From contig CAZPQW010000005.1 of the NCBI GenBank assembly GCA_964588985.1, positions 64,001-128,000 on the forward strand: a stretch of DNA of 64,000 nt. Reading direction: 5' to 3'. The notes under the pieces are model-generated. The model was not told where the DNA came from, searched no databases, and worked only from the letters and a program-made list of their open reading frames with translations. Shown here in pieces: positions 54,038 to 63,969 of this stretch; position 1 is the stretch's first letter, and every line of letters starts with the position of its first letter. Position numbers and translations under genes: made by a program. This DNA comes from an uncultured Solirubrobacteraceae bacterium (GTDB taxonomy: Bacteria; Actinomycetota; Thermoleophilia; Solirubrobacterales; Solirubrobacteraceae).

Positions 54038-55228
54038 TCACTCCTCGTCAAACGTCCCCAGCGGATGGTTCTCGCTCACGAACTCAGCGAACAGCGGCAC
54101 GGTGAAGTCAAGCTGGCCTCGACGCGGCGCCCAGATCAAACCCTTGTTGATGAGGGCGTCCCGGTGGATCGAGACCCCGCGCTGGTCCTTCGCTCCGTAG
54201 GCGTGGGCGATGTCTGCCGAGCGATACGGCGGACCCTCGACGGACGCCATCGCGGCGAGGTAGCGCTGCTCGGCGTCGGTTGCCAGCTGGAAGCGAGTGC
54301 CGAAGAAGTTGCGGGCCAGCGATTCCGAGACGATCTCGCGGACGGTGTCGACGTCGGCGGTGGTGATCGGAGAGGTCTCAGCATGGTTCCACAGCTCGAG
54401 GCCGTATTCCTGGATGAAGTACGGATAGCCGGCGGCTTCCTCCACGACCTGCAGAGCGGCGGGCTCCTCGTAGCTGACGCCGCGCGTGGCCGCCGGCGCG
54501 ATCAGGGCGGAGCGGGCGGCGGGAGGGCTGAGACGACCGAGCTCGTGGTACTGGAATAGGCGATCGGCGTAGGGCTTGGCGGACATCAACCGAGTCTGCA
54601 GGTCCGGCAGGCCCGCAGCGACCATCGCCACGGGGAGCGAATTGCGGCTGACGGCCTGAAATGCGATGCACAGCGCGGCGAGTGAGGCGGAGTCGAGATT
54701 GTGCATCTCGTCAATCAGGAAGAGAGCGCCGGCGCCTGTCGTCTGGGCGACCTCACCGATCTCCTTGATCAGATCCGTGAGGTCCTGCTCCGGATCGCCC
54801 GAGTCGGCGATCCCGGTTGCGGCCTGGACGTCGAGCTTGAGCTGCACGCCCGCTGGCGCCACGATGCTGAACGCCTTGACCACACCCAGTGCGCGATCTA
54901 CACGGCTCTTGATCCGATGCTTGCGGCTCATCTCGCGCAGCAGGCGTGCGGCCATCCGCGCGAACGTGACACGGAAGTCGGGTTGGGATCCGACCTCTTG
55001 GACATCGGTAGTCGCCCACCCAGCCTCTGTTGCGAGCACATCCAGCTCCATCAGCAGCACCGTCTTGCCCACTCCACGCAGGCCCGAGTAGATCAGGCTA
55101 CGCTCGTAGCGTTTGTCGGCGAGACGTTCGAGCAGAGATTGGAAGTTCTCCAGCTCGTCGCCGCGACCGCTGAGAGTCGGCGGCTTGCGCCCGGCTCCGG
55201 GGGTATAGGGGTTCTCGCGCTTCTGCAT
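54038..55228 (-). CDS. STAND-like AAA ATPase with C-terminal winged helix
   Basis: NPYTPGAG, GLRGVGKT Walker A, LFLIDEMH Walker B, GYPYFIQ, RDALINKGLI. Confidence 0.85.
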   Translation of the reverse strand: MQKRENPYTPGAGRKPPTLSGRGDELENFQSLLERLADKRYERSLIYSGLRGVGKTVLLMELDVLATEAGWATTDVQEVGSQPDFRVTFARMAARLLREMSRKHRIKSRVDRALGVVKAFSIVAPAGVQLKLDVQAATGIADSGDPEQDLTDLIKEIGEVAQTTGAGALFLIDEMHNLDSASLAALCIAFQAVSRNSLPVAMVAAGLPDLQTRLMSAKPYADRLFQYHELGRLSPPAARSALIAPAATRGVSYEEPAALQVVEEAAGYPYFIQEYGLELWNHAETSPITTADVDTVREIVSESLARNFFGTRFQLATDAEQRYLAAMASVEGPPYRSADIAHAYGAKDQRGVSIHRDALINKGLIWAPRRGQLDFTVPLFAEFVSENHPLGTFDEE

Positions 55229-55246
55229 TGGAGGCCACTTTCTGCA

Positions 55247-55373
55247 GCTTTCTATGGACCGATGATTACTCGCTAGAAAGCTATAGGGATTCGTCTGGCC
55301 GCTCAAGTCATGCAGCTGCCGAGGCTAGCCCCTATCAGGCTTTCTATGGACCCTTCTTTACTTTAGAGAAAGA
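55247..55373. promoter_or_regulatory. Two imperfect ~35-bp direct repeats, each palindromic (operator-like)
   Basis: GCTTTCTATGGACC identical at 55247 and 55339; each followed after a 19-nt spacer from GCTTTCTA by TAGAAAGC / GAGAAAGA. Confidence 0.55.
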
Positions 55374-56041
55374 CATAGACTGCCCCCTGCTTCCCCGCAT
55401 GCGCGCCGTGGCGGCGCACTGATCGTCGCTCGCGACCCGGTGCATTCGCACTGGTTCTCCACCGGCGGCGTCCTCGCGTAGGCTCCGCCCCAGCCCATGA
55501 TTCGGCTCTAGGTCAACGGGAGCGCTCTCGAAGGACAAGCGCCCAAGCCAGACAGCCACGCTTGCAGCCAACAAGAGTAGTGTCGTCTCGGGGGTTGCCG
55601 GCGACTTGAACGCAAGCGCTACCACGGGCGGCAGTACACAGAATCCGACGCGCCCCGGTAGAAGTCGCCGATCTTCAACTCGATCGAGCAACTCCGTCTT
55701 GCGTGTCACTATCTTCGCTAGAAGAGTCGACACCCACATGGCCAGCCCCCTCCAACAGATAAGCCTTCTGTAGATTTGTGGAAAAGAGAACGCTTCGACA
55801 TACACGACCACCCTACTCAGCGCACCGATCATGGCGCACGCGAACCCCGCCTGCCGGCGAGTCGGAAGCGCACAGTGCGATGCACGCCCCTCAACCCGTT
55901 GATCAGCAAGCTTAGGTGATTGTCGTAGCAGCATATTGCACTCAGATGAGTTTTGGTCGGACGACTTCTCGCGCAACCAGTTCTTGGTTTGCTTCAGGTT
56001 AGTTAATTAGGCCACTAACTAGCCACGGGCGGCCCTGCTAT

Positions 56042-56246
56042 CTAGTTAAGTGAAGCTAACTAACTAGTCATGCTTGTTTTAGTGTTAACCGGTTGTACTA
56101 TTACTAGTTAAGTGAAGCTAACTAACTAGTCTTAGTCTTGCTTGTTTTGGTGTTAACCGGTTGTACTATTACTAGTTAAGTGAAGCTAACTAACTAGTCT
56201 TAGTCTTGCTTGTTTTGGTGTTAACCGGTTGTACTATTACTAGTTA
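56042..56246. repeat. AT-rich tandem repeat, 3 units (62, 68, 68 bp) plus partial
   Basis: Units start CTAGTTAAGTGAAGCTAACTAACTAGTC at 56042, 56104, 56172; partial at 56240. Confidence 0.92.
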
Positions 56247-56808
56247 GATACCAACTAGTCTCATTAAGACTCTTGTTGGCTTACAGTTAGACTCAAGATA
56301 CTCTCGCAAACAACCGCGGGGGCCTCAGCGAGGGACGCTAAAGCTATTCCGCGACTTCCGTCAGCGTCGTCATCGCTAAGTGCGCCTTTTGATGCAATAG
56401 TGCCCCATGATTTCTACTATACGTATGCTACCCGCTCCGCGCAAGTCGAGTTTCTGACTTTCAAGGCCCGTCGCTAACGCAACCCCGGCCCCTACGCCTC
56501 AGCACTGGCCGTGCGTCCACTTTCGAAGCGGTGCCATGTCTCGTCCCGCCTCGGATCACCCCGCACGTTTCCGAGCGTGGCATGAACCCCCGCAAAGTCG
56601 ATCTTGAGCTAATCCGCGCAAGAGGCGCGGTCATCAGCGGAGGAGCTGCTGCCAGCAGTTACGCACCGAGCAGCCGCGGTGGTATCTGGACTTGTTCTGC
56701 CTGGCGCGGTAGGGTCGAGTGCGACTGGGCCTCTTGAGTGCCGAGACTACTCGGCCCTATGTCCGCCGCGCTGCACATACCCGGATAAGCGATGGGAAGG
56801 AACTTCGG

Positions 56809-58779
56809 ATGCCCTTCACGCTCGAGCTGCACCCCCATGGGCCATCGCGCGCACCAGCTCCTCTCGCCTCGATGCACACCCTCCTAGCCGCGGCGCTCGC
56901 CGTGCTCGCCTGCCTGCTGCTGCCCGCGTCGGCGACCGCGATTGCGCCCCCCGCGTTTGTAACCGAATGGGGCTCGCTGGGATCTGGTGAAGGGCAGTTC
57001 AATTTGCCCACCTTCATCGCGCTTGCGCCGAACGGAAGCGTATACGTCACGGACACAGACAACTACCGAGTCGAGGAGTTCGACCCTGACGGACACTTCG
57101 TCACCGCATGGGGAACGCGCGGGGAAGGACCCGGGCAATTCACCTACCCAGCGGGAATAGCCATAGGCCCTTCGGGTGATGTGTACGTGGGCGACATCGA
57201 CACCTCTCGGATCGAGAGGTTTAGTCACAACGGAGCATTCATTAGCGAGTGGGGCGAATACGGAGAAGGCCCAGGCCAGTTTGAGGGAGTTCTTGGGCTC
57301 GCTGCGGGCCCATCCGGCGACATCTACGCCGCCGACAAAGGAGACAACCGTGTGGAGAAGTTCAGTGCCAACGGAGTGTACCTTGGCGAGTGGGGGCAGA
57401 AAGGCGAAGCTGCGGGAGACCTCAGTAGTCCAGTGTCGGTCGCGACTGACGCCCAAGAAAACGTGTATGTCACGAGCTACGCCACATTTGGGATCCAGAA
57501 GTTCACCTCGACTGGACATTACCTGAGCCGCTGGGATCCCGCCAAAGGCGGCATCACGTTCGCAAACGGCCTCGCAGTGAGCGCGAGCGGGCAAAGCTAT
57601 GTCGATACTCCCAACGACGTGATCGAGGAGTTCGGCACGACGGGGACCCCGCTCACAGAATGGGGCGAATACGGCGCTCACCAAGGCCAGTTCGCCAACT
57701 CGCTCGGCCTGGCGGTCGACCCGGCGGCAGACGTATATGTGGTCGACCAGGGCAACAACCGAGTGGAGAAGTTCCGTTTTGATACCACGCCGAGCGTACT
57801 CACCGGCACGGGTGTGGCAAGCTCGACGACTACGGCGATGATCTCGGCGACTGTCAACCCGAACGGCGTTGAAGTAACGTCCTGCGAATTCGAATACGGT
57901 ACGAGCACCAGCTACGGGTCGCGGATTCCGTGCGCTACGGCACCTGGGTCGGGTGAATCCCCCCTTCCAGTGAGTGCCGAGATCACGAGCCTCGCGCCGA
58001 ACACCACGTACCACTTTAGGGTCGTGGCGAGCAACAGCGCAGGCTCGGGCGAAGGACTCGATGCCCGACTCACCACGCTAGGGCCCCCGGACTTCGGGCG
58101 CTGCGTCGCGGTGGTGGCAGAAAAGATCGGTGCCAAAACCGTTTACCACGGCGAGTTTACGACGCCCAAATGCACTGTGACGAGCGTGAAGAAGGCTGGC
58201 AAGTACGAATGGGAAGCCGGCGTCGTGAACTCAGCCTTCATCCTCAAAGCTGGCGCGCTTGCGCTCTCCACACCATCCGGGCGCTCGGTCACGTGCGCCA
58301 CCGAGAGCGGTGGCGGCGACTACCTCGGCAGCAAGGAAGTGGCCGACGTAACGCTGCGGTTCACGAAGTGCGCATCGCAGGGACAAAACTGCTCGACCGT
58401 TGGGTTCGTGGAAGGCGACGTGGAAAGCTCCCCGCTGGAAGGCAGCCTGGGATGGATCTCGCGCGCGGCGAAGACTGTGGCACTCGACCTCTATCCAGCC
58501 GGGAACAAAGGCACCATCCTCGAATACCGCTGCGGAGCGGAAGCAACGGTCATCGTGAGCGGCTCGGTGCTGGTAGGGCTGAAGACGGGCAAGATGCAGG
58601 TGTCGGAAACCCTCAAATACAAAGCCTCCCACGGCGTGCAGGGCATCCGACAGCTCGAAGGCGAGCCCGAAGACGTGCTGATCGCGTCGACCGCAGGCCC
58701 CGCACCGGAAACAACCGGCCTGTCTGCGAACACGATCATGGTCGACGAAGAAGAAGTGGAGCTCAACCCAGACGCGTAA
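56809..58779 (+). CDS. Secreted NHL-repeat beta-propeller protein with Fn3-like and Cys-rich C-terminal domains
   Basis: Signal peptide; six WG.xGxGxGQF...VYVxDxxNxRVEKF-type repeats; LAPNTTYHFRVVASN. Confidence 0.88.
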   Translation: MPFTLELHPHGPSRAPAPLASMHTLLAAALAVLACLLLPASATAIAPPAFVTEWGSLGSGEGQFNLPTFIALAPNGSVYVTDTDNYRVEEFDPDGHFVTAWGTRGEGPGQFTYPAGIAIGPSGDVYVGDIDTSRIERFSHNGAFISEWGEYGEGPGQFEGVLGLAAGPSGDIYAADKGDNRVEKFSANGVYLGEWGQKGEAAGDLSSPVSVATDAQENVYVTSYATFGIQKFTSTGHYLSRWDPAKGGITFANGLAVSASGQSYVDTPNDVIEEFGTTGTPLTEWGEYGAHQGQFANSLGLAVDPAADVYVVDQGNNRVEKFRFDTTPSVLTGTGVASSTTTAMISATVNPNGVEVTSCEFEYGTSTSYGSRIPCATAPGSGESPLPVSAEITSLAPNTTYHFRVVASNSAGSGEGLDARLTTLGPPDFGRCVAVVAEKIGAKTVYHGEFTTPKCTVTSVKKAGKYEWEAGVVNSAFILKAGALALSTPSGRSVTCATESGGGDYLGSKEVADVTLRFTKCASQGQNCSTVGFVEGDVESSPLEGSLGWISRAAKTVALDLYPAGNKGTILEYRCGAEATVIVSGSVLVGLKTGKMQVSETLKYKASHGVQGIRQLEGEPEDVLIASTAGPAPETTGLSANTIMVDEEEVELNPDA

Positions 58780-58934
58780 CCCAGCGGCGAGGAGCTAAGC
58801 GTTCCCGGCGTGGATTCAGCCCAGCGCGATGGAAATCAGCCGCAATTGGGTCGCAAGATCAGGGTTCCGTGCCCAATGCGAGTTCCAGCTAGCAGGTGCT
58901 CTCTAAGAAGATGCCGACTTGCAGCGACTTCAGA

Positions 58935-58980
58935 TGGCGAGACCGGGACTCGAACCCGGGACACCACGATTTTCAGTCGT
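58935..58980 (-). mobile_element. att site: 3' half of tRNA-Phe(GAA), left boundary of an integrated element
   Basis: ACGACTGAAAATCGTGGTGTCCCGGGTTCGAGTCCCGGTCTCGCCA has anticodon arm, T arm and acceptor 3' strand but no D arm or 5' acceptor strand. Confidence 0.8.
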
Positions 58981-59287
58981 ACCGGAACTAGCCCTGAAAA
59001 CTGTATATTTGCAGGGTGTTTGTGAATGTCAACACAAGCCAGTTGCCGCTTGGTTCCGGTGGTTTACCGGGGGTTTTGGACCACGGATGAGGGTCGTGGT
59101 CCATAACCTTGGATGGCCCTGTCGGAGAACAGCCCATCAAGGCCTATGGCTGGACTCGCGGAGGTATACAGAGTTATACGAGGTTTATCGTGATCGCGTA
59201 AACCTCTAACTCGCAGAGCAGGCGTCGTGGAATCTACCCGGACCACGCCCGGATGCGTGGCGAGTGCTCTTTCTGGGTTGCCATGCC

Positions 59288-60469
59288 TCAGAAGGCGACA
59301 ATGTATCTGGGGGTGAAGGGACGGTTGGTGGGACGTGCGGCGGCAACGCGGTCGATCCGGTAAGTGCGAGTTTCGCCCTGGCCGTTGACGGCGAGCAGCA
59401 CGAGGTTGCCAGCGCGAGTGCGCCGGAGTTCATAGGGCTCGACTAGGCGGCGTCCTGGGTATCCCTCGGCGGGGCGGTAGTCGATCTCTACCTTCAGGCG
59501 GTTGGTGCCGGCATAGCGGATCAGCTCCAGGGGTGCGCCCTGTCGCCAGGAGGCGATCGCGTGTGGAGGGCGCCACGTATCGAGTTGGTCTCTGGAGGGC
59601 GCGCGGCGAAGCCTGCGACGCGTCTGCGTGCCTGCGAGCCAGGCGAACACTTCCTCCAGCGCCTCCCAGAACATCTCGAATGGGGGGAGCGGCCGCGGTA
59701 GCTGGTGGCCGAGCATGTTCTCCCACTCGCGCTCGATCTCCTGGGCGTAGGGCGAGGTGCGGATCGAGTCGGCGTCGGGGACATTCACGCCGGCGTGGGC
59801 ACACTTGGCAGCGAGGACCGTGCGTACGCGCTCGGCTCGGCCGATCAGGTCGGGGTGGCGGTGCATGTGTACGACGTCGTAGAGATCGCGCGGGCGACAG
59901 CGAGTAGCGAGCGCGCGCGTCTTCTCAGCTAGCAACTCCGTCGGTGAGTAGCACAGGACGCCGACGCCGGGGAGTGGCTGGTCGCTGTATGAGTGCACAA
60001 TTATGCGGCGGTGCGGCCGTTCGATGAGCACCTCATCGCTGGTCAGATCGAACTTAAGCTTTGGGAGAGTCCCACGCGGGGCGTTCGGTCCGCGGTAGGC
60101 GATCCGCGCCTGTGTGGTGGGCTGGCCGCGTAGGTTGCGTCGCCGCGCGAATGTGCGCTGGTCGATCTCCAACTCGATGCCCGTTTCGCGCACGAGCCAG
60201 TCCGAGACTCTCTTGAAGATCTCGATCATCTCGTCGAGCTCCTCCGGGCCGCCGTCGACGACGGTGAAGTCGAGATCCTCAGAGAATCGGTAGGTCTCGT
60301 AGTAGCACTTGCGCAGGCAGGTACCGCCCTTGAAGATCCAGGTGTCGGCGAGCGCGGACTCTGCAGAGATCGCAGCAAGCACCCAGCCGAGCACGTAGTC
60401 CTTCTCGATCACGCCGATGTCGAGTTGCCACTCGCCACGGAGTCGCATCAGCTCCTGCTTGGCGATCAC
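59288..60469 (-). CDS. AbiEii-type nucleotidyltransferase toxin fused to C-terminal WYL domain
   Basis: IEKDYVL, FKGGTCLRK, RFSEDLDF, AEKTRAL, RPRDLYD; C-terminal IDY...RLVEPYEL...RTYRIDRV. Confidence 0.88.
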   Translation of the reverse strand: MIAKQELMRLRGEWQLDIGVIEKDYVLGWVLAAISAESALADTWIFKGGTCLRKCYYETYRFSEDLDFTVVDGGPEELDEMIEIFKRVSDWLVRETGIELEIDQRTFARRRNLRGQPTTQARIAYRGPNAPRGTLPKLKFDLTSDEVLIERPHRRIIVHSYSDQPLPGVGVLCYSPTELLAEKTRALATRCRPRDLYDVVHMHRHPDLIGRAERVRTVLAAKCAHAGVNVPDADSIRTSPYAQEIEREWENMLGHQLPRPLPPFEMFWEALEEVFAWLAGTQTRRRLRRAPSRDQLDTWRPPHAIASWRQGAPLELIRYAGTNRLKVEIDYRPAEGYPGRRLVEPYELRRTRAGNLVLLAVNGQGETRTYRIDRVAAARPTNRPFTPRYIVAF

Positions 60470-61275
60470 GACGGCTCCTGCGGCTCGAGCACCACGTTGG
60501 CGCGCAGCCGCCATGCAGGCACGCGCGGCCCCATACGGGGCCCGTCGGGGTCAAGCAGCGAGATGCCGCTGGAGAGCTCCGCACGGCACGCCGCGATCAG
60601 CTCGGGGGCGCCCCAGCCCTGCGACTCCAGCAGGAAACCCAGGCGCTTAAGCACCGCGCGGTTGCCGAGCCGCAGCGCGTACTCCACCAGGCGCTCACCC
60701 TCGTGCTCATCCAGATACGCCCGCAAGATCTCTGCGGCGTGGCGGATACCACCGCCGATTCGCGGTGCGTCGAGGATCTCCACTACCGTCCGTGCGGGGT
60801 CGGCGAACAGCATCCGCACCTCCTCCTGCCACGCTGTCTCCAAGCCCCACTCGAGCGTGTCCTCTGCTACGTGCATTAGTAGGTACTCGGCGTCCAGCAG
60901 GCTCGCCGTCGCGGCGCGCACACGCTGTGCGGTCTTCACGACCGTGGTGCGGAACACCTGCTCGGTCAGACCCCAGTGGCGCGCTGCCGTGAACCCGCTG
61001 AAGTAGCACGGCGACCACACCGCGCTCGCCAACACCAACGTGTCCTGTGACCAGCTTCGCGGAGGAGCCTCGACTGGCACGGCGATATACAGGCCCCGCC
61101 GCACCCTACGCAGCCACCCCTGTTCCGCCCAATGCGCGAGCTTTCGCGCCGCGACCCTCGCGTCCACACCTAGCACGCGTGCGGCGATCTCTGGAGAGAC
61201 AAACCTGCGATCGACAAGCACCGCCGACAATTCGGCACGTCCAGCGCCTGAGATTCCACGACCATCTTGCGTCAT
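60466..61275 (-). CDS. AbiEi-type antitoxin (type IV TA)
   Basis: N-terminal wHTH GWLRRVRRGLY, AARHWGLTEQV, DPARTVVE, KRLGFLLE; GTGA coupled to toxin. Confidence 0.88.
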   Translation of the reverse strand: MTQDGRGISGAGRAELSAVLVDRRFVSPEIAARVLGVDARVAARKLAHWAEQGWLRRVRRGLYIAVPVEAPPRSWSQDTLVLASAVWSPCYFSGFTAARHWGLTEQVFRTTVVKTAQRVRAATASLLDAEYLLMHVAEDTLEWGLETAWQEEVRMLFADPARTVVEILDAPRIGGGIRHAAEILRAYLDEHEGERLVEYALRLGNRAVLKRLGFLLESQGWGAPELIAACRAELSSGISLLDPDGPRMGPRVPAWRLRANVVLEPQEPS

Positions 61276-61418
61276 CAGAAAGCCAATAGTTCATTCGACA
61301 TCGGATCTAGCGGCTACATGATAACCGACGACCGATACCATTGCACCAGAAACTTCATCTTGAAGGAAACTACCGGCCCACCACTCCCGACAGCACGGTC
61401 TGTCCCTCAGCGATCCAC

Positions 61419-62558
61419 TTAGGTCACAAGTGGTCCCACCTCTACATAGCGGTCGAACCAGTCGAGGTAGTCAGCTACACACGCCGCGACATCCTCAGAG
61501 CGGGCCCAGAAATGCGTCGGAAGCTTGTCGCTGTCGAAGATCAGCTTCGTGCCCTCCTGCGCGGAGATCACCACTCGGCGTGGGCGGCCGAGAGCGTAGC
61601 CGAGCTCCATTGTGCAGTTGGGGCGCATGCCAGTGAGGTCGACGAGAACCACGCCGGCGCGATGCAGCCGCCGGAAGATCTCGACGTTCATGAACATGCT
61701 CTCTGGCGTGCCTAGACCCATCTGCACCGGCGCGTAGCCGCGCTCGGAGATAGCTGGGGTCACGACCTCCGAGAAGAACCACTCGACCGCAGCGTGGTCG
61801 TGATTGCTCGGGTCGAGCAGTCGGACGTAAAACGCGCTCGGCGGCATCAGGTCTTCGAGCATCCGCACGGTCGCTTCGGCGAGCGAACTCGGGTCCGACT
61901 CGGCTTCTAGCCGGAGAGCCTGTAGACGAGCAGTGTCGCCACCGGCGCCTGGCGCCAGCCTGAATAGTGCGCCCGGATCGCCTAGAGCCTTCTCATGTAG
62001 CGCTCGGCTACCTCCAGAGCCATCGTCGTTGAAGGCGCCCAGCTGCGCCCACACGGGAACCACCGGCTTGCCGTCGCGCCAGTAGAGCTCGGCGAGATGC
62101 TCCACGCCAGCCCCGCCGCCGAGCACGACCAGGATGTCGCCATGGGAGAGCTGGCGCTCGCGGATGATGCCCGCCATACGCCACCCCGGCGGAGTCGTGA
62201 CGAGCTCGAAGTCGCTCCGCGCACAACAACCCTCCCAGAGCTCGCGCCGGCCTGCAGGGATCCTGTCGAGCCCGCGCTGGCTGGCGACGCCGACGAACCG
62301 ACGCGGTCGACGTGGCGGCCACCCTTCGGCTGGGTCGGGCAGCGCCGCGACACTCGCGAGCGCAGTCCAGTCGAATGTGGCCGGCAAGCCGGACTCGGAA
62401 AGCGGCTCGCCGCCGGCACCCAGCACGAGACCAGCTCCCCGGGCGGCGAGTCCGGTGGCGAGGCTGCTGACGAACGCGTGCGCCCGTGTGAGAAGCGCGG
62501 CATCGCATGTCGCCGCTGCGCTGCCCGTGAGGTGCACGCGTCGTCCGGCGAGGCTCAC
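61419..62558 (-). CDS. Putative CBASS effector: SLOG (TPALS/Cap17-N-like) sensor plus TIR/NDT-like domain
   Basis: VHLTGS, LVVLGGGAGVEHLAELY...KPVVPV (SLOG); VDLTGMRPNCTMELGYALG (NDT/TIR-like). Confidence 0.7.
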   Translation of the reverse strand: MSLAGRRVHLTGSAAATCDAALLTRAHAFVSSLATGLAARGAGLVLGAGGEPLSESGLPATFDWTALASVAALPDPAEGWPPRRPRRFVGVASQRGLDRIPAGRRELWEGCCARSDFELVTTPPGWRMAGIIRERQLSHGDILVVLGGGAGVEHLAELYWRDGKPVVPVWAQLGAFNDDGSGGSRALHEKALGDPGALFRLAPGAGGDTARLQALRLEAESDPSSLAEATVRMLEDLMPPSAFYVRLLDPSNHDHAAVEWFFSEVVTPAISERGYAPVQMGLGTPESMFMNVEIFRRLHRAGVVLVDLTGMRPNCTMELGYALGRPRRVVISAQEGTKLIFDSDKLPTHFWARSEDVAACVADYLDWFDRYVEVGPLVT

Positions 62559-63463
62559 GCTTTGCCTTCGTCCATCGCCGGCGAGGGCTCGAGTTCCGCG
62601 CACGCCGCGAGCAGATCCTCCGCAGTCAGCGCTCGCTCGGCGAATGCCCGGGCTACTGCCGCCGGGACAAGGCGTGTCTGGACGTCGGAATACGTGTAGC
62701 CGGGCCGCCCGTCGCGTGGACCCGTCGCCGCAACGAGGTCGTCGAGCGCATGATCGGCTATGTCGACGCCCCGCAGGGTGGCACGAAACAGTTCGCGGCG
62801 CTCCTGCTCAGACGGGCGATCGAACTCCTCGATCAAGGCCGCGCGCCGGATGACCGCAGGGTCGAGCGCTCCGAATCGGTTCGTGCAGAGCACGATCAGT
62901 AGACGCCCATTCAGTCGGCGGGCGTCGTCGATCTTCTGGATCACAGTGTTGACGCCGACACGGTCCTCGTGGTGAGCCCGCTCCGCGCCGCGGTTGAACG
63001 CGAGCGCATCGCCCTCGTCAATGATCAGCGTGACGAACCGGGTTCGGCCCGCCAGCTCAACCGCCTCGGCGAAGGCGTCGCCGATCAGCGTGCTCATCTC
63101 GCCCACATGACCGACGCCGCGAACGCGCGTCGAGAGCTTCAGTAGGAAACCATCGGAACCGAGCATTCGGGCAAGACCGTCCGCTGCTGCTTCAGCGCTC
63201 GCGGTCTTACCAGTGCCAACGTCACCGTGAAAAATCGCGAGGGGATAGCGGTCGGCGATCGCACCGAGCAGCCCAGGAGCTCCATCGTGGTAACGCCGAG
63301 CCCACGCCCGCAGCCCATCTGCGTCGGCGAGCAAGCGAAGCTGGGCGCCGAGACGACGAAAGCGAGCGTCGAAGCCAACGAGCCGGCCGGCGCGGTCGGC
63401 AAGAGTCTCGTCCGGTATCTCGAGTTTCAACTCAAGCGCGCCCTGCCCCTCTCCTGGACTCAT
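62555..63463 (-). CDS. TRIP13/Pch2-like AAA+ ATPase (CBASS Cap6)
   Basis: FHGDVGTGKT, RVRGVGHVGEM, IIDEGD, HHEDRVGVNTVIQKID, CTNRFGALDPAVIRRA. Confidence 0.85.
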   Translation of the reverse strand: MSPGEGQGALELKLEIPDETLADRAGRLVGFDARFRRLGAQLRLLADADGLRAWARRYHDGAPGLLGAIADRYPLAIFHGDVGTGKTASAEAAADGLARMLGSDGFLLKLSTRVRGVGHVGEMSTLIGDAFAEAVELAGRTRFVTLIIDEGDALAFNRGAERAHHEDRVGVNTVIQKIDDARRLNGRLLIVLCTNRFGALDPAVIRRAALIEEFDRPSEQERRELFRATLRGVDIADHALDDLVAATGPRDGRPGYTYSDVQTRLVPAAVARAFAERALTAEDLLAACAELEPSPAMDEGKA

Positions 63464-63969
63464 TGGTAGCTCGTCCGCTCGAGGCCGTAGGCACGGCTAG
63501 GGTACCGACGGTCAATGGACCCGTTGAGAGCGCCGTAGCCCTCGAAGTTGCGATGGCCCCACCCCTTGAGGTGATCTTCCTCGAACTTCGTCTGCGTGGT
63601 AGTCGACAGCTGATCCCAACGCGCGTTGTATTCGACGTAGAGCTTCAGTACGTCGCCGTCCTCGTGGTCCCAATACATGTCTCCGGGCCGATCGGCGGAC
63701 CATGCTCCCGCGCTCGTAGAAACGCGGTACACGGCTGCTTTCTTCACCTTACCCAGCGCGGATGCAAGCTGAATGTGCACGGCGCCGAGGTACTCCTGCT
63801 CGGCGATGACTTTGACCTGCGCCGCCGTTTCCTCCACGTCCTGCCCAGTCCGCAGCCCGGTCCACTCACTCACGATTCTGAAATCCGCAACCCAGGAAGC
63901 GAACACGCGCTGAATATCTTCGCGGTTGTAGGTATGGGTGTTGCTGTCCGTCGCCATCGCTCCGGTCAC
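63460..63969 (-). CDS. Bacterial HORMA domain protein (CBASS Cap7-like)
   Basis: THTY start, ADF, EYL, ADRPG, DRRYPSRAYGLERTSY end; directly upstream of TRIP13. Confidence 0.78.
   Translation of the reverse strand: MTGAMATDSNTHTYNREDIQRVFASWVADFRIVSEWTGLRTGQDVEETAAQVKVIAEQEYLGAVHIQLASALGKVKKAAVYRVSTSAGAWSADRPGDMYWDHEDGDVLKLYVEYNARWDQLSTTTQTKFEEDHLKGWGHRNFEGYGALNGSIDRRYPSRAYGLERTSYQ

Noticed and set aside
55344-55976. 210-aa minus-strand ORF
   Set aside because: TTG start, no recognisable motif, atypical composition and it runs into the operator-like repeats; a small membrane protein cannot be excluded but is unsupported.
56042-56246. CRISPR array
   Set aside because: Units are contiguous and near-identical with no unique spacers, and there are no cas genes in the window.
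58935-59007. Complete tRNA-Phe gene
   Set aside because: The D arm and 5' acceptor strand are missing; treated as an att remnant.
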